Part shown: in pieces, positions 41,755 to 50,321 of the stretch
Numbering within the stretch: position 1 is the first letter of the stretch
How the letters are laid out: every line of letters begins with the position of its first letter
Assembly: GCA_963803805.1 (NCBI GenBank)
Contig: CAWDOD010000002.1
Coordinates: 224,001-288,000 of the forward strand
Length of the DNA: 64,000 nucleotides
Source: an uncultured cyanobacterium
GTDB lineage: Bacteria > Cyanobacteriota > Cyanobacteriia > Cyanobacteriales > CAWCAG01
Direction: 5' to 3'
Made by a program: the position numbers and the translations under genes
The notes under the pieces: generated by a model
What the model saw: the letters and a program-made list of their open reading frames with translations, nothing else
Told to the model about the DNA's origin: nothing
The model's database searches: none

Positions 41755-41901
41755 AAGGCTTTCTCCTGCTTCCCAACAGGAGCGAAGGCTAGCGTAAGAA
41801 ACGCTAGCAGTTTAGAAAGACCGCCCCTTATTCTATTAAGTCAGGCGGCATCCATAAAAAACCCTAACATCGTCGTTTAATTCCCTTTAGGAGGAAATCC
41901 C

Positions 41902-42255
41902 ATGTCCCACTTTAGCACTCTGCGTACCAAAATTACTGAAGCTGAAATCCTTAAGACTTCTCTACGTGATTTAGGTATCAGCACTAAGACCGAAGCTGAT
42001 GTTCGCGGCTACAACGGTCAGCGCCTTCGTGCTGATATTGTTGCAGTCCTCGAAGGCGAGTATGATCTTGGTTGGTCACGTAACAGCGATGGCACCTTCG
42101 ATTTAATCGCTGATCTCTGGGGTGTTGCGAAAAAGCATAACCAAACCGAATTGATCAACTCCATCAATCAAAAGTATGCTGTTAACAAAACTTTAAATGA
42201 AGTTAAGCAGCGCGGTCTGCAAAACGCTAACGTTAAGTTAGTTGTTCAAAAATAG
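41902..42255 (+). CDS. ycf35: Ycf35/DUF1257 protein
   Basis: MSHFSTLRTKI...VRGYNGQ...DLIADLW. Confidence 0.85.
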   Translation: MSHFSTLRTKITEAEILKTSLRDLGISTKTEADVRGYNGQRLRADIVAVLEGEYDLGWSRNSDGTFDLIADLWGVAKKHNQTELINSINQKYAVNKTLNEVKQRGLQNANVKLVVQK

Positions 42256-42281
42256 AACTTGAAGTGCGTTCCCAAGCTGAC

Positions 42282-42314
42282 GGGTTGAGCCAATTCTTTG
42301 CTTAACCCTTTTTT
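42282..42314 (+). terminator. Intrinsic terminator after ycf35
   Basis: GGGTTGAGC...GCTTAACCC followed by a T-run. Confidence 0.7.
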
Positions 42315-42511
42315 ATTGATAATAGTCAGAGAAACCCAGGTAGCTAAAAGCTACTTGGGTTTTACTTTTTGGACAAGACTCTAAGGTGAGAGGATCTTAT
42401 AGTCAAAATAGGTTAATATGAAAATAATTTACATAAATTAACTTAGTTTGTTAACTTAGATTAATTTTTGTAAGCTAAAATTGCAAAATCTACTTAAACA
42501 AGATTTTAATT

Positions 42512-43468
42512 ATGCCATTTACCCTTGACTCAGCCCGTGGAATTTTTCCTGGCACTTTATCTGCTGATGCAGTACCAGCAACAATTGCTAGGTTTGAACA
42601 ACTCAGTGCAGAAGATCAGCTTGCATTAATCTGGTTTGCTTACCTGGAAATGGGTAAAACCATTACTATTGCTGCTCCTGGTTCAGCTAGTATGCAGTTT
42701 GCTGAGGGAACTCTTAACAAAATTAAGCAAATGAGCTTCCAAGAGCAAAGCCAAGCTATGTGTGACTTAGCAAACCACGCTGATACAGAAGTTTGTCGTA
42801 CCTATGGTAGTTGGTCTCCTAATATTAAGTTAGGCTTTTGGTATCGTTTGGGAGAGTTAATGGAAAAGGGAGTTGTTGCTCCAATTCCAGAAGGCTATCA
42901 GCTATCTGCCAATGCTAAAGCTATCTTAGAAGCAATCAAAGGATTAGAATCAGGACAGCAAATCACAGTTTTACGTAACTCTGTAGTTAATATGGGGTAT
43001 TCAAGTAGTTCAGACAGCGTGAAAAGGGTTTCTGAACCCGTTGCTCCTCCTCAAGATATGTCCAAGCGCACTAAAGTAACTATTGAAGGTGTTACCAACT
43101 CTACAGTCTTAGAGTACATGAATAACCTTAACGCTAATGACTTTGAAGCGTTAATAGAACTATTTGCTCCTGACAGTGCGCTGCAACCTCCCTTCCGCAA
43201 GCCAGTAATCGGTAAAGATGCTATTTTGCGATTTTTCAAAGAGGAATGCCAGAATCTAAAACTAAGCCCGGAGCGGGGAATTTCTGAACCCGCAGAGGAT
43301 GGTTATACTCAAATCAAGGTAACAGGAAAAGTAGAAACTCCTTGGTTTGGCGTGGGTGTAGGCATGAATATTGCTTGGAGATTTTTGCTTAATGATCAAG
43401 GCAAGATTTTCTTTGTTGCTATTGATTTACTAGCTTCCCCCAAAGAATTGTTAAATTTAGCACGGTAG
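42512..43468 (+). CDS. ocp: Orange carotenoid protein
   Basis: MPFTLDSARGIFP..LSAEDQLALIWFAY; NTF2-like C-terminal domain ..VAIDLLASPKELLNL. Confidence 0.97.
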   Translation: MPFTLDSARGIFPGTLSADAVPATIARFEQLSAEDQLALIWFAYLEMGKTITIAAPGSASMQFAEGTLNKIKQMSFQEQSQAMCDLANHADTEVCRTYGSWSPNIKLGFWYRLGELMEKGVVAPIPEGYQLSANAKAILEAIKGLESGQQITVLRNSVVNMGYSSSSDSVKRVSEPVAPPQDMSKRTKVTIEGVTNSTVLEYMNNLNANDFEALIELFAPDSALQPPFRKPVIGKDAILRFFKEECQNLKLSPERGISEPAEDGYTQIKVTGKVETPWFGVGVGMNIAWRFLLNDQGKIFFVAIDLLASPKELLNLAR

Positions 43469-43508
43469 AGAGAGATTAAATTACTAGTTAATTACAAATT
43501 CTCATTAT

Positions 43509-43562
43509 GGGCGCTCGGCTTAATTCAACCTAACTTAAAGACAACGAGCGCTCTTTTTTTTT
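43509..43562 (+). terminator. Intrinsic terminator after ocp
   Basis: GGGCGCTCG...CGAGCGCTC followed by a long T-run. Confidence 0.65.
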
Positions 43563-43568
43563 GAGCTT

Positions 43569-43678
43569 ATACCTAATCTGATTTTCTATAGGTTGCTCAA
43601 TATTAGAGAATAAAGTTTGAGAACTTTATTCTCTGAATTTTATAAAACTAGGGGTGCAGGATAAAGTTGATTAGATAT
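43569..43678. mobile_element. MITE-like element (~110 bp), same family as 15426-15541
   Basis: Ends ATACCTAATC / GATTAGATAT; internal perfect hairpin AGAGAATAAAGTT-TGAG-AACTTTATTCTCT. Confidence 0.5.
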
Positions 43679-43703
43679 GACAATATAAGATTAAATTTTG
43701 ACA

Positions 43704-44030
43704 ATGCAAGTGAATGAAGTTAGTTGGTCTGAAGAAGAAAAGAAAATAGCCCAAGAAGCATTTAGTAAAGCCCATGAGCGAGAAATTGCCACTTTAATAA
43801 ATGAGGTTCGTAGCCAAGCTGGTGAAATAGTAGAACTTGAAGATTTGTGGAAATTACACGATTTTTTGAGCGCAAGAAGGCATTATTTAGACGGTAAGTA
43901 TGAATATAAGTACTCAGAGCTTATTTTTACCTTTGCTAGCTTGGTTAAAGAAGGATGGTTGCAGCTTGAAGAACTTGAGGGTTTAGAGCCTGATAAACGT
44001 AGTAAGGTAGCTGCTCTTATGCGAATATAA
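43704..44030 (+). CDS. frp: Fluorescence recovery protein
   Basis: WSEEEKKIA..LWKLHDFLSARRH..DGKYEY; directly downstream of ocp. Confidence 0.92.
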   Translation: MQVNEVSWSEEEKKIAQEAFSKAHEREIATLINEVRSQAGEIVELEDLWKLHDFLSARRHYLDGKYEYKYSELIFTFASLVKEGWLQLEELEGLEPDKRSKVAALMRI

Positions 44031-44144
44031 AATAATACCTAATACTATTTTTCTTTAGTTGTGTCAGAGATGCACTTAGTTAGGATAAAGGGTAAAGATT
44101 GATGTTCCCAGTCTTACCCTTTATCCAATTAATTGATTTAGATA

Positions 44145-44627
44145 ATGGTACAAAATTTAATTGAAGTTCGCGATGCCACCCTCAATGATGTAGCACTAAT
44201 TCTTACTTTTATTCAGAAGAAATCAGTTTTTGACCGTAACGTTGGAGCTTTTTCTGGCGCACTCACAACATCAGAAGAGAAGATAGTTAAAACGATATTT
44301 AGCACTATACCTTTTGCTTATGTTGTATTCGCAGAATTAGCTAGTTGTGTAGTAGGCTTTACTTTATACTACTTCAGGTATTCATCTTTTGCTGGTCAAC
44401 CGATTCTTTGGCTAGATGATTTATATGTAGATGAGCAGATGAGGAGTAAAGGTGCAGGCTGGGAATTAATGAATCATTTAGCTCAAATTTCTAGAGCCAA
44501 TAATTGCAGTCATATTGCTTGGACTGCTGATGTTAGAAATATTCGCGGACTCGCTTTTTATCGCCGTTTAGGAGCAGAAACTGTGAAGCAAGAAGGTAAT
44601 AGTTGTTATCTAATTTGGAAACCGTAA
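44145..44627 (+). CDS. GNAT family N-acetyltransferase
   Basis: LWLDDLYV...RSKGAG; N..GLAFYRRLG. Confidence 0.88.
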   Translation: MVQNLIEVRDATLNDVALILTFIQKKSVFDRNVGAFSGALTTSEEKIVKTIFSTIPFAYVVFAELASCVVGFTLYYFRYSSFAGQPILWLDDLYVDEQMRSKGAGWELMNHLAQISRANNCSHIAWTADVRNIRGLAFYRRLGAETVKQEGNSCYLIWKP

Positions 44628-44763
44628 TTAATAGCATTTATAATTAACTATTTATAATAATTCTAAAAAAATGTAAAGCCACAGTATTATTTTTTCTAAT
44701 TGTAAAAATCTTTGTATCTCTTCTTCCTATTCCCTATTGACTATTGCTTTATAGTTTTTGATA

Positions 44764-45927
44764 TCAAAGAGTCATTGGTGAATCTATATAAACAACTGGT
44801 TCTGGCATAAAAAACTCAATACCGTAATCTAATAGCTGACGAGAAATTTCTTGGTTTGCTAAGTCTATTAAGCGCTTGCGTAAACGTAAAGAATCTTCTC
44901 CGGAACTTGTTATGAAAAAGTTTATTCTGGCTTGGCTGACTTCTTTTTCTTTAGGTTGAGAAAAGCTGATTCTTGTATTCGCTTTCTCAATACCCCAAAA
45001 GTGATTTGTACTTTCGACAACAACTCTTCTTACTAAGGCTTGTTCACTTTTATTTAATAATTTAGTAAAATCCAAATAAATCATAGCAACAACTTTCTTA
45101 CCTCGACTAATATTCTCAATATGTTTCCCTGCCATAATCGAATTGGGAACAATAATTAAAGTATTTCTAGCTGCGGTACGGATTTTAGTAGAACGCAAAC
45201 CAATTGATTCTACACGACCATAAACATCTTCGCCATAGGGATTAAAATTAACCTGAATATATTCTCCTGGTTGGTAAGGGCGATCAAGGAATAATTCTAA
45301 AGTACCTACAAGGCGTTCTAGGGCTTGTCTGGCGGCAAAAGCTACAGCAACACCACCAATACCAACACTAGCAGATATTGCCACTAAATTTAGTTGCAAT
45401 CCTTGGGCAAAGATGACCACGGCAAACATAATAATAATAACATTAGTTAAGGTTTCAAAAACCAAAATCACTTCATTGATTTCGCCCCCTGAACCCTGTA
45501 CTAAATTGACAACATAAACACGAATTAATCTTTGAGCTATTCGTGAAGTAAACCAAGCGATGCTAACTGCTAAGGCTAAGTAGATGAAGAAGCTTAAGAA
45601 TTGATAGAGTATTTGATATTTTGCTACTACATTCAAAGAAAGAGCAATAAAAACAAAAGTTCCTACTGTTACAAGAGAATTTCTGACTGGTTTAATAAAT
45701 TCGCTATAAACATTAGTTACGTCTAAAGGTACAAATTTTTGTGTGAATCTGAGCATCCACCAAAACAGGAAAGGTAACATTCTGCCCAATAAAGGGGCTA
45801 ATATAGCACAAAAAAAGAACAATGCTAATCTGCCAACTAATTCAAGCAGAAAATTTTGAATTTCCTCGCTTAGTTGCAATGATTCCAAACTGAACTCTGG
45901 CATAAATATTAACTCTTTAAAACCCAT
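44764..45927 (-). CDS. MscS-family mechanosensitive channel
   Basis: GIGGVAVAFAA, GRVESIGLRSTKIR, VPNS. Confidence 0.9.
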   Translation of the reverse strand: MGFKELIFMPEFSLESLQLSEEIQNFLLELVGRLALFFFCAILAPLLGRMLPFLFWWMLRFTQKFVPLDVTNVYSEFIKPVRNSLVTVGTFVFIALSLNVVAKYQILYQFLSFFIYLALAVSIAWFTSRIAQRLIRVYVVNLVQGSGGEINEVILVFETLTNVIIIMFAVVIFAQGLQLNLVAISASVGIGGVAVAFAARQALERLVGTLELFLDRPYQPGEYIQVNFNPYGEDVYGRVESIGLRSTKIRTAARNTLIIVPNSIMAGKHIENISRGKKVVAMIYLDFTKLLNKSEQALVRRVVVESTNHFWGIEKANTRISFSQPKEKEVSQARINFFITSSGEDSLRLRKRLIDLANQEISRQLLDYGIEFFMPEPVVYIDSPMTL

Positions 45928-45964
45928 GAAAATTTTTTATATCTTGCTCCTTACTCCCCATTGT

Positions 45965-47095
45965 TTAAATATTCATTGGTTGAGCAATATCAAGAGTATT
46001 TTCTTCTAAGGTGAATTCAATGTCATAATCTTGCAGTTGCTCAACAATATTTTCTCTGGCAATCTCTAATAAATTGCGCCGTAGCTCCATAGAACTTTCT
46101 CTTGCTCCGAGGATATAAAATATTAATTGTGCTTGCACATAATCTTGCCCTGAAGCATCTTTGGCATCTTGGAAAGAAATTTGGGTGAGACGATGATCTA
46201 TACCTAAAATATCTCTAGTACTATCAAGAATGGATTGATGAATTAGAGCTTTTTCTTGGGGAGACATAGCCCTAAATAAAGTTAAATTAGCAATCGAAAT
46301 CATTCTTCTTGCCCTAGTCATATTTTCAATACTACTCTGAGCAAGCTGACTATTGGGAACAATAACTAAAGTGTTTTTTCCGGAAAGACGAATCTTGGTA
46401 GAACGCCAACCAATAGATTCTACTCGACCTAAAGTAGAGTCAGGTAAATGAATATAATCATCAATGATAAAAGGACGATCAATATACAGAACAATACTCC
46501 ATAAAATTTGCTCTAAGATCTTTTGAGAAGCAAAAGCGATCGCCACGCCTCCTACTCCAAGACTAGCGATTAAACCAAATAAATTAATTTGATGTACTTG
46601 AGCAAATAAAAAGATGACAATTAAAGCAACAACCGCGTTGGCAATAAATTTGGCAAGAACAATTAACTCACTATTAATTTTTTGCTGATTTTCTAGGGCA
46701 ACTTCTAATAAATAATGATCGAATAATTCCCCAAGTAGCTTGAATCCTAATAAACTGACATTAAGGGCTGCTACTAATCCTAAAGGAAATTCTAAAGCTC
46801 TTAAGGATATTGGTACAGGAAGAAGTAGAATGATAAAATCAACAGTAGTTAAAATAATTGTCCAGCTTAACCAACTTTGATAGGGCAAAAAAACGTTTTT
46901 ATAAATATCTTGTTCTGCTGTTAATATGAAACTTTTAGTTAGAATTTTGATTAGTTTAGGAAGTTGTAAATAAGACAGACCAATTATAAGTAGTAAAGTC
47001 AAAAAAGCAATAGTAGCTATCAATAAAGCTGTACCTATTTGAAGACTATTGGGTAAATCAAAATTATTGTCCAAACCTCTCAACCAATAATTCAT
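45965..47095 (-). CDS. MscS-family mechanosensitive channel
   Basis: GVGGVAIAFASQ, GRVESIGWRSTKIR. Confidence 0.9.
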   Translation of the reverse strand: MNYWLRGLDNNFDLPNSLQIGTALLIATIAFLTLLLIIGLSYLQLPKLIKILTKSFILTAEQDIYKNVFLPYQSWLSWTIILTTVDFIILLLPVPISLRALEFPLGLVAALNVSLLGFKLLGELFDHYLLEVALENQQKINSELIVLAKFIANAVVALIVIFLFAQVHQINLFGLIASLGVGGVAIAFASQKILEQILWSIVLYIDRPFIIDDYIHLPDSTLGRVESIGWRSTKIRLSGKNTLVIVPNSQLAQSSIENMTRARRMISIANLTLFRAMSPQEKALIHQSILDSTRDILGIDHRLTQISFQDAKDASGQDYVQAQLIFYILGARESSMELRRNLLEIARENIVEQLQDYDIEFTLEENTLDIAQPMNI

Positions 47096-47308
47096 AGCTT
47101 GCTATAATTCCAGCATTAAATGTGAACAGAGAATTAGACACTCTAGGCAATAGGCATTCTATAGCAAAGGTACACAGATATTAATTATTCCTTTATAATG
47201 AGTGACTTTTTACTTTTGACTTGTTACAAAGCAGTTTTTTCTTCCCAGCAATCCTCATCCTAGTATAGGATTATCTTAAGAAGGAAAAGCGGGAAAACTT
47301 TAAAGGCA

Positions 47309-49075
47309 ATGGTTAGCAATACATCTACCAATAAATCATCTTTGGGCAGTAAACCCCGCGACGTGAAAGTAGTTCCTATTGTCAGAGAGACAACTTTGTT
47401 GCGATCGCGGACTTGGGATAGATTGAAGTTTGAAATTGAATACGCTCTAGGAAAAGGGACAACGGCTAATTCTTATGTAATTCAAGGGGATAAGATTGCT
47501 GTTTTAGACCCTCCGGGGGAATCTTTCACTCCTATTTACTTAGAAGCCCTGCAAAGACACCTCGACCCCAAAACCATTGATTATGTAATTTTGGGTCATG
47601 TTAACCCCAACCGGGGGGCAACTCTCAAGGCGTTGTTAGAAATTGCGCCACAAATAACCTTTGTTTGTTCCAATCCTGGGGCGATCGCCTTAAGCAAAGT
47701 CTTAGAAAATCAGAAGTTAATCATTGATGTGATTAAAAAAGGAGATACCCTCGATTTAGGACAAGGGCATCACCTGGAATTTCTCCTCACCCCCACACCC
47801 CGTTGGCCCGATTCTCTGTGTACCTACGACCCCAAAACCTCTGTGCTTTATACAGATAAGTTTTTCGGTTCCCACGTTTGTGGTGATCAGGTTTTAGATG
47901 AAGGGTGGCAAGTTTATGCAGAAGATCGTCGCTACTATTTTGATAGTCTCATGGCTCCCTACGCTAAGCAAGTGGAGACAGCCTTAGAAAAATTTGCCAC
48001 CAAACCAGCTAAACTTTATGCTACAGGTCATGGCCCTTTGGTTAGGTATGGTTTCACGGAATTAACATCTCTTTATCAAGAGTGGGTGAAAAAGCAGCGT
48101 ACTCAAGATTTAAGTGTCGCCCTCCTCTACGCTTCTGCCTATGGGAATACCGCAACCTTGGCCCAGGCGATCGCTAATGGTATTACCAAAGCTGGGGTTG
48201 GGGTAGAGTCTCTTAATTGTGAATCAGCCGAACCAGAAGAAATTAAAGCCGCAGTAGAAAAGTCTGCTGGTTTTATCATGGGTTCCCCAACTTTAGGAGG
48301 TCATGCCCCAACCCAGGTGCAAACGGCATTAGGTATTGTGCTTTCCACCGCAGATAAAACTAAATTAGCGGGGGTATTTGGTTCCTTTGGTTGGAGTGGA
48401 GAAGCCATTGATTTATTGGAACAGAAATTCAAAGATGGCGGTTATCGCTTTGGTTTTGACCCCATTCGGGTGAAGTTTAAACCCACCGATGTTGTACTGA
48501 AAACCTGTGAGGAAGCAGGGACAGACTTTGCCCAAGCATTGAAAAAAGCCAGGAAACGGGCCGAAGCAGCAGCCAAGAAAACCGCCGGTAGCACTTCTCA
48601 ACAGGCAGATAGGACAGAACAAGCATTAGGTAGAGTTGTGGGTTCCCTTTGTGTGGTAACAACCAAACAAGGAGAGTTGCAAGGGGGAATGTTGGCTTCT
48701 TGGGTATCCCAAGCTACTTTTAATCCTCCCGGTTTAACCGTTGCTGTAGCCAAGGATCGGGCCATTGAATCTTTGTTGCATAGTGGCAATACTTTTGTCC
48801 TTAATATCCTTGCAGAAGGTGAACATTTAGGCATAATGAAGCATTTCCTTAAGCCCTTTGCCCCTGGGGAAGATCGTTTTGCTGATGTCGAGACTGAGGC
48901 GACGGAGAATGGTAATCCGATTCTCAAAGATGCTTTAGCTTATATTGAGTGTAGTGTGGAAAGTCGTATGGAATGTGGCGATCATTGGTTGATTTACGGA
49001 GTGGCGAAGGAAGGGAATTTACTTGGTGATGGGATTACGGCTGTACATCATCGTAAGTCGGGGAGTCATTATTAA
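47309..49075 (+). CDS. flv1: Flavodiiron (diflavin) protein, Flv1 type
   Basis: RSRTWDRLKFEIEY..GTTANSY (Flv1-type), flavodoxin YASAYGNT, flavin reductase GDHW..HHRKSG. Confidence 0.8.
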   Translation: MVSNTSTNKSSLGSKPRDVKVVPIVRETTLLRSRTWDRLKFEIEYALGKGTTANSYVIQGDKIAVLDPPGESFTPIYLEALQRHLDPKTIDYVILGHVNPNRGATLKALLEIAPQITFVCSNPGAIALSKVLENQKLIIDVIKKGDTLDLGQGHHLEFLLTPTPRWPDSLCTYDPKTSVLYTDKFFGSHVCGDQVLDEGWQVYAEDRRYYFDSLMAPYAKQVETALEKFATKPAKLYATGHGPLVRYGFTELTSLYQEWVKKQRTQDLSVALLYASAYGNTATLAQAIANGITKAGVGVESLNCESAEPEEIKAAVEKSAGFIMGSPTLGGHAPTQVQTALGIVLSTADKTKLAGVFGSFGWSGEAIDLLEQKFKDGGYRFGFDPIRVKFKPTDVVLKTCEEAGTDFAQALKKARKRAEAAAKKTAGSTSQQADRTEQALGRVVGSLCVVTTKQGELQGGMLASWVSQATFNPPGLTVAVAKDRAIESLLHSGNTFVLNILAEGEHLGIMKHFLKPFAPGEDRFADVETEATENGNPILKDALAYIECSVESRMECGDHWLIYGVAKEGNLLGDGITAVHHRKSGSHY

Positions 49076-49221
49076 ACAATTTCACTTGGGAGCTTTACAC
49101 AATAGAGACGTAGTTTTTTCTCTCTACTATCCTCCGCACTTAAAGTAAAAAAAGCTACGGAAATGAGCCGCCTCAAGCTGAAAAGAGAAACTACAATAGC
49201 AACTAAGTAAAGCTTTCAATC

Positions 49222-50265
49222 GTGACTATGAAAAGAAAATATTTTTGGCTCACAATTGCCGTAAGCCTATTAGCCATAACCACCACGACAGCAAGTTTAG
49301 CTCAAACAGAAACAGAAGACTTTCGTTACTTTCGGGAATGGTGTGCTGCCAAAGATAGTCTTCCTACTCAAGCAAAACATACCGTAGATGTCTTACTCAA
49401 AGAAGCAGGAAGCCAAGATTGTTTAGAAGCTGAAGCGAATTTATACCGAAAGTCAGGTTTAGATATTGCCTATCTTGATGTGCCAGATTTACGCCCTCTT
49501 GCCGCTTTGACTAACCTAACTTTTTTAGACTTAGCTGGAAATGGTATTACTGACCTAAGCCCTCTATCAAACTTAAAGTCTTTAACTAAACTTGACCTTG
49601 ATTCTAATAGTATAAAAGACTTAACACCCTTAGCCAATTTAACTAATCTAACTGAACTTAATCTATCTTATAATCGTCTCCAAGACTTAACTCCTTTATC
49701 TGGCTTAACCAATTTAACCGAGCTTTATCTCTTTGGAAACAAAATTAAGGATTTGAAGCCGTTATCTAGCTTAACAAGTTTGACAATATTAGACCTTTTG
49801 AGCAACGACGAAATTGAAAGTTTGGAAGGTCTTTCAAACCTAACTCAATTAACTTACTTGAATCTTGCTAATAACCAAATTAAGGATTTAACTCCCCTAT
49901 CAACTCTAACTAATTTGACAGACCTTGATTTAGGTGGTAATCAGATAGAAGATTTAACTCCATTATCTTCTTTAACTAATTTACTTTCTCTATTTGCAGA
50001 CTCTAATCAAATCAAAGATGTAACACCTCTTGCTTCTCTTGAGAAACTGGATACTCTAATGTTGAGCCACAATCAAATTACTGATTTAACTCCTTTGTCC
50101 AACTTAGATAGCTTGAAAAGGCTTTACTTCAAAAATAATCAAGTTCAACAAATAACTAACGTGCTGGATCTTAACAAGTTAGACCGATTTTGCCCTGTGG
50201 ATAATCCTTTAACTGAAACTATTCCTGAACGCATACTTGACGATAAACAAGAATGCTTTTTTTGA
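49222..50265 (+). CDS. Secreted internalin-like leucine-rich repeat protein
   Basis: Signal peptide; Cys cap FREWC..DC; ~10 22-aa LRRs (LTNLTxLxLxxNxIxDLTPL). Confidence 0.92.
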   Translation: MTMKRKYFWLTIAVSLLAITTTTASLAQTETEDFRYFREWCAAKDSLPTQAKHTVDVLLKEAGSQDCLEAEANLYRKSGLDIAYLDVPDLRPLAALTNLTFLDLAGNGITDLSPLSNLKSLTKLDLDSNSIKDLTPLANLTNLTELNLSYNRLQDLTPLSGLTNLTELYLFGNKIKDLKPLSSLTSLTILDLLSNDEIESLEGLSNLTQLTYLNLANNQIKDLTPLSTLTNLTDLDLGGNQIEDLTPLSSLTNLLSLFADSNQIKDVTPLASLEKLDTLMLSHNQITDLTPLSNLDSLKRLYFKNNQVQQITNVLDLNKLDRFCPVDNPLTETIPERILDDKQECFF

Positions 50266-50321
50266 GGAACTTTACTTATTGGCTGACTTAAAATTGACTT
50301 AAAATCAAAGCCAGAACAAGC

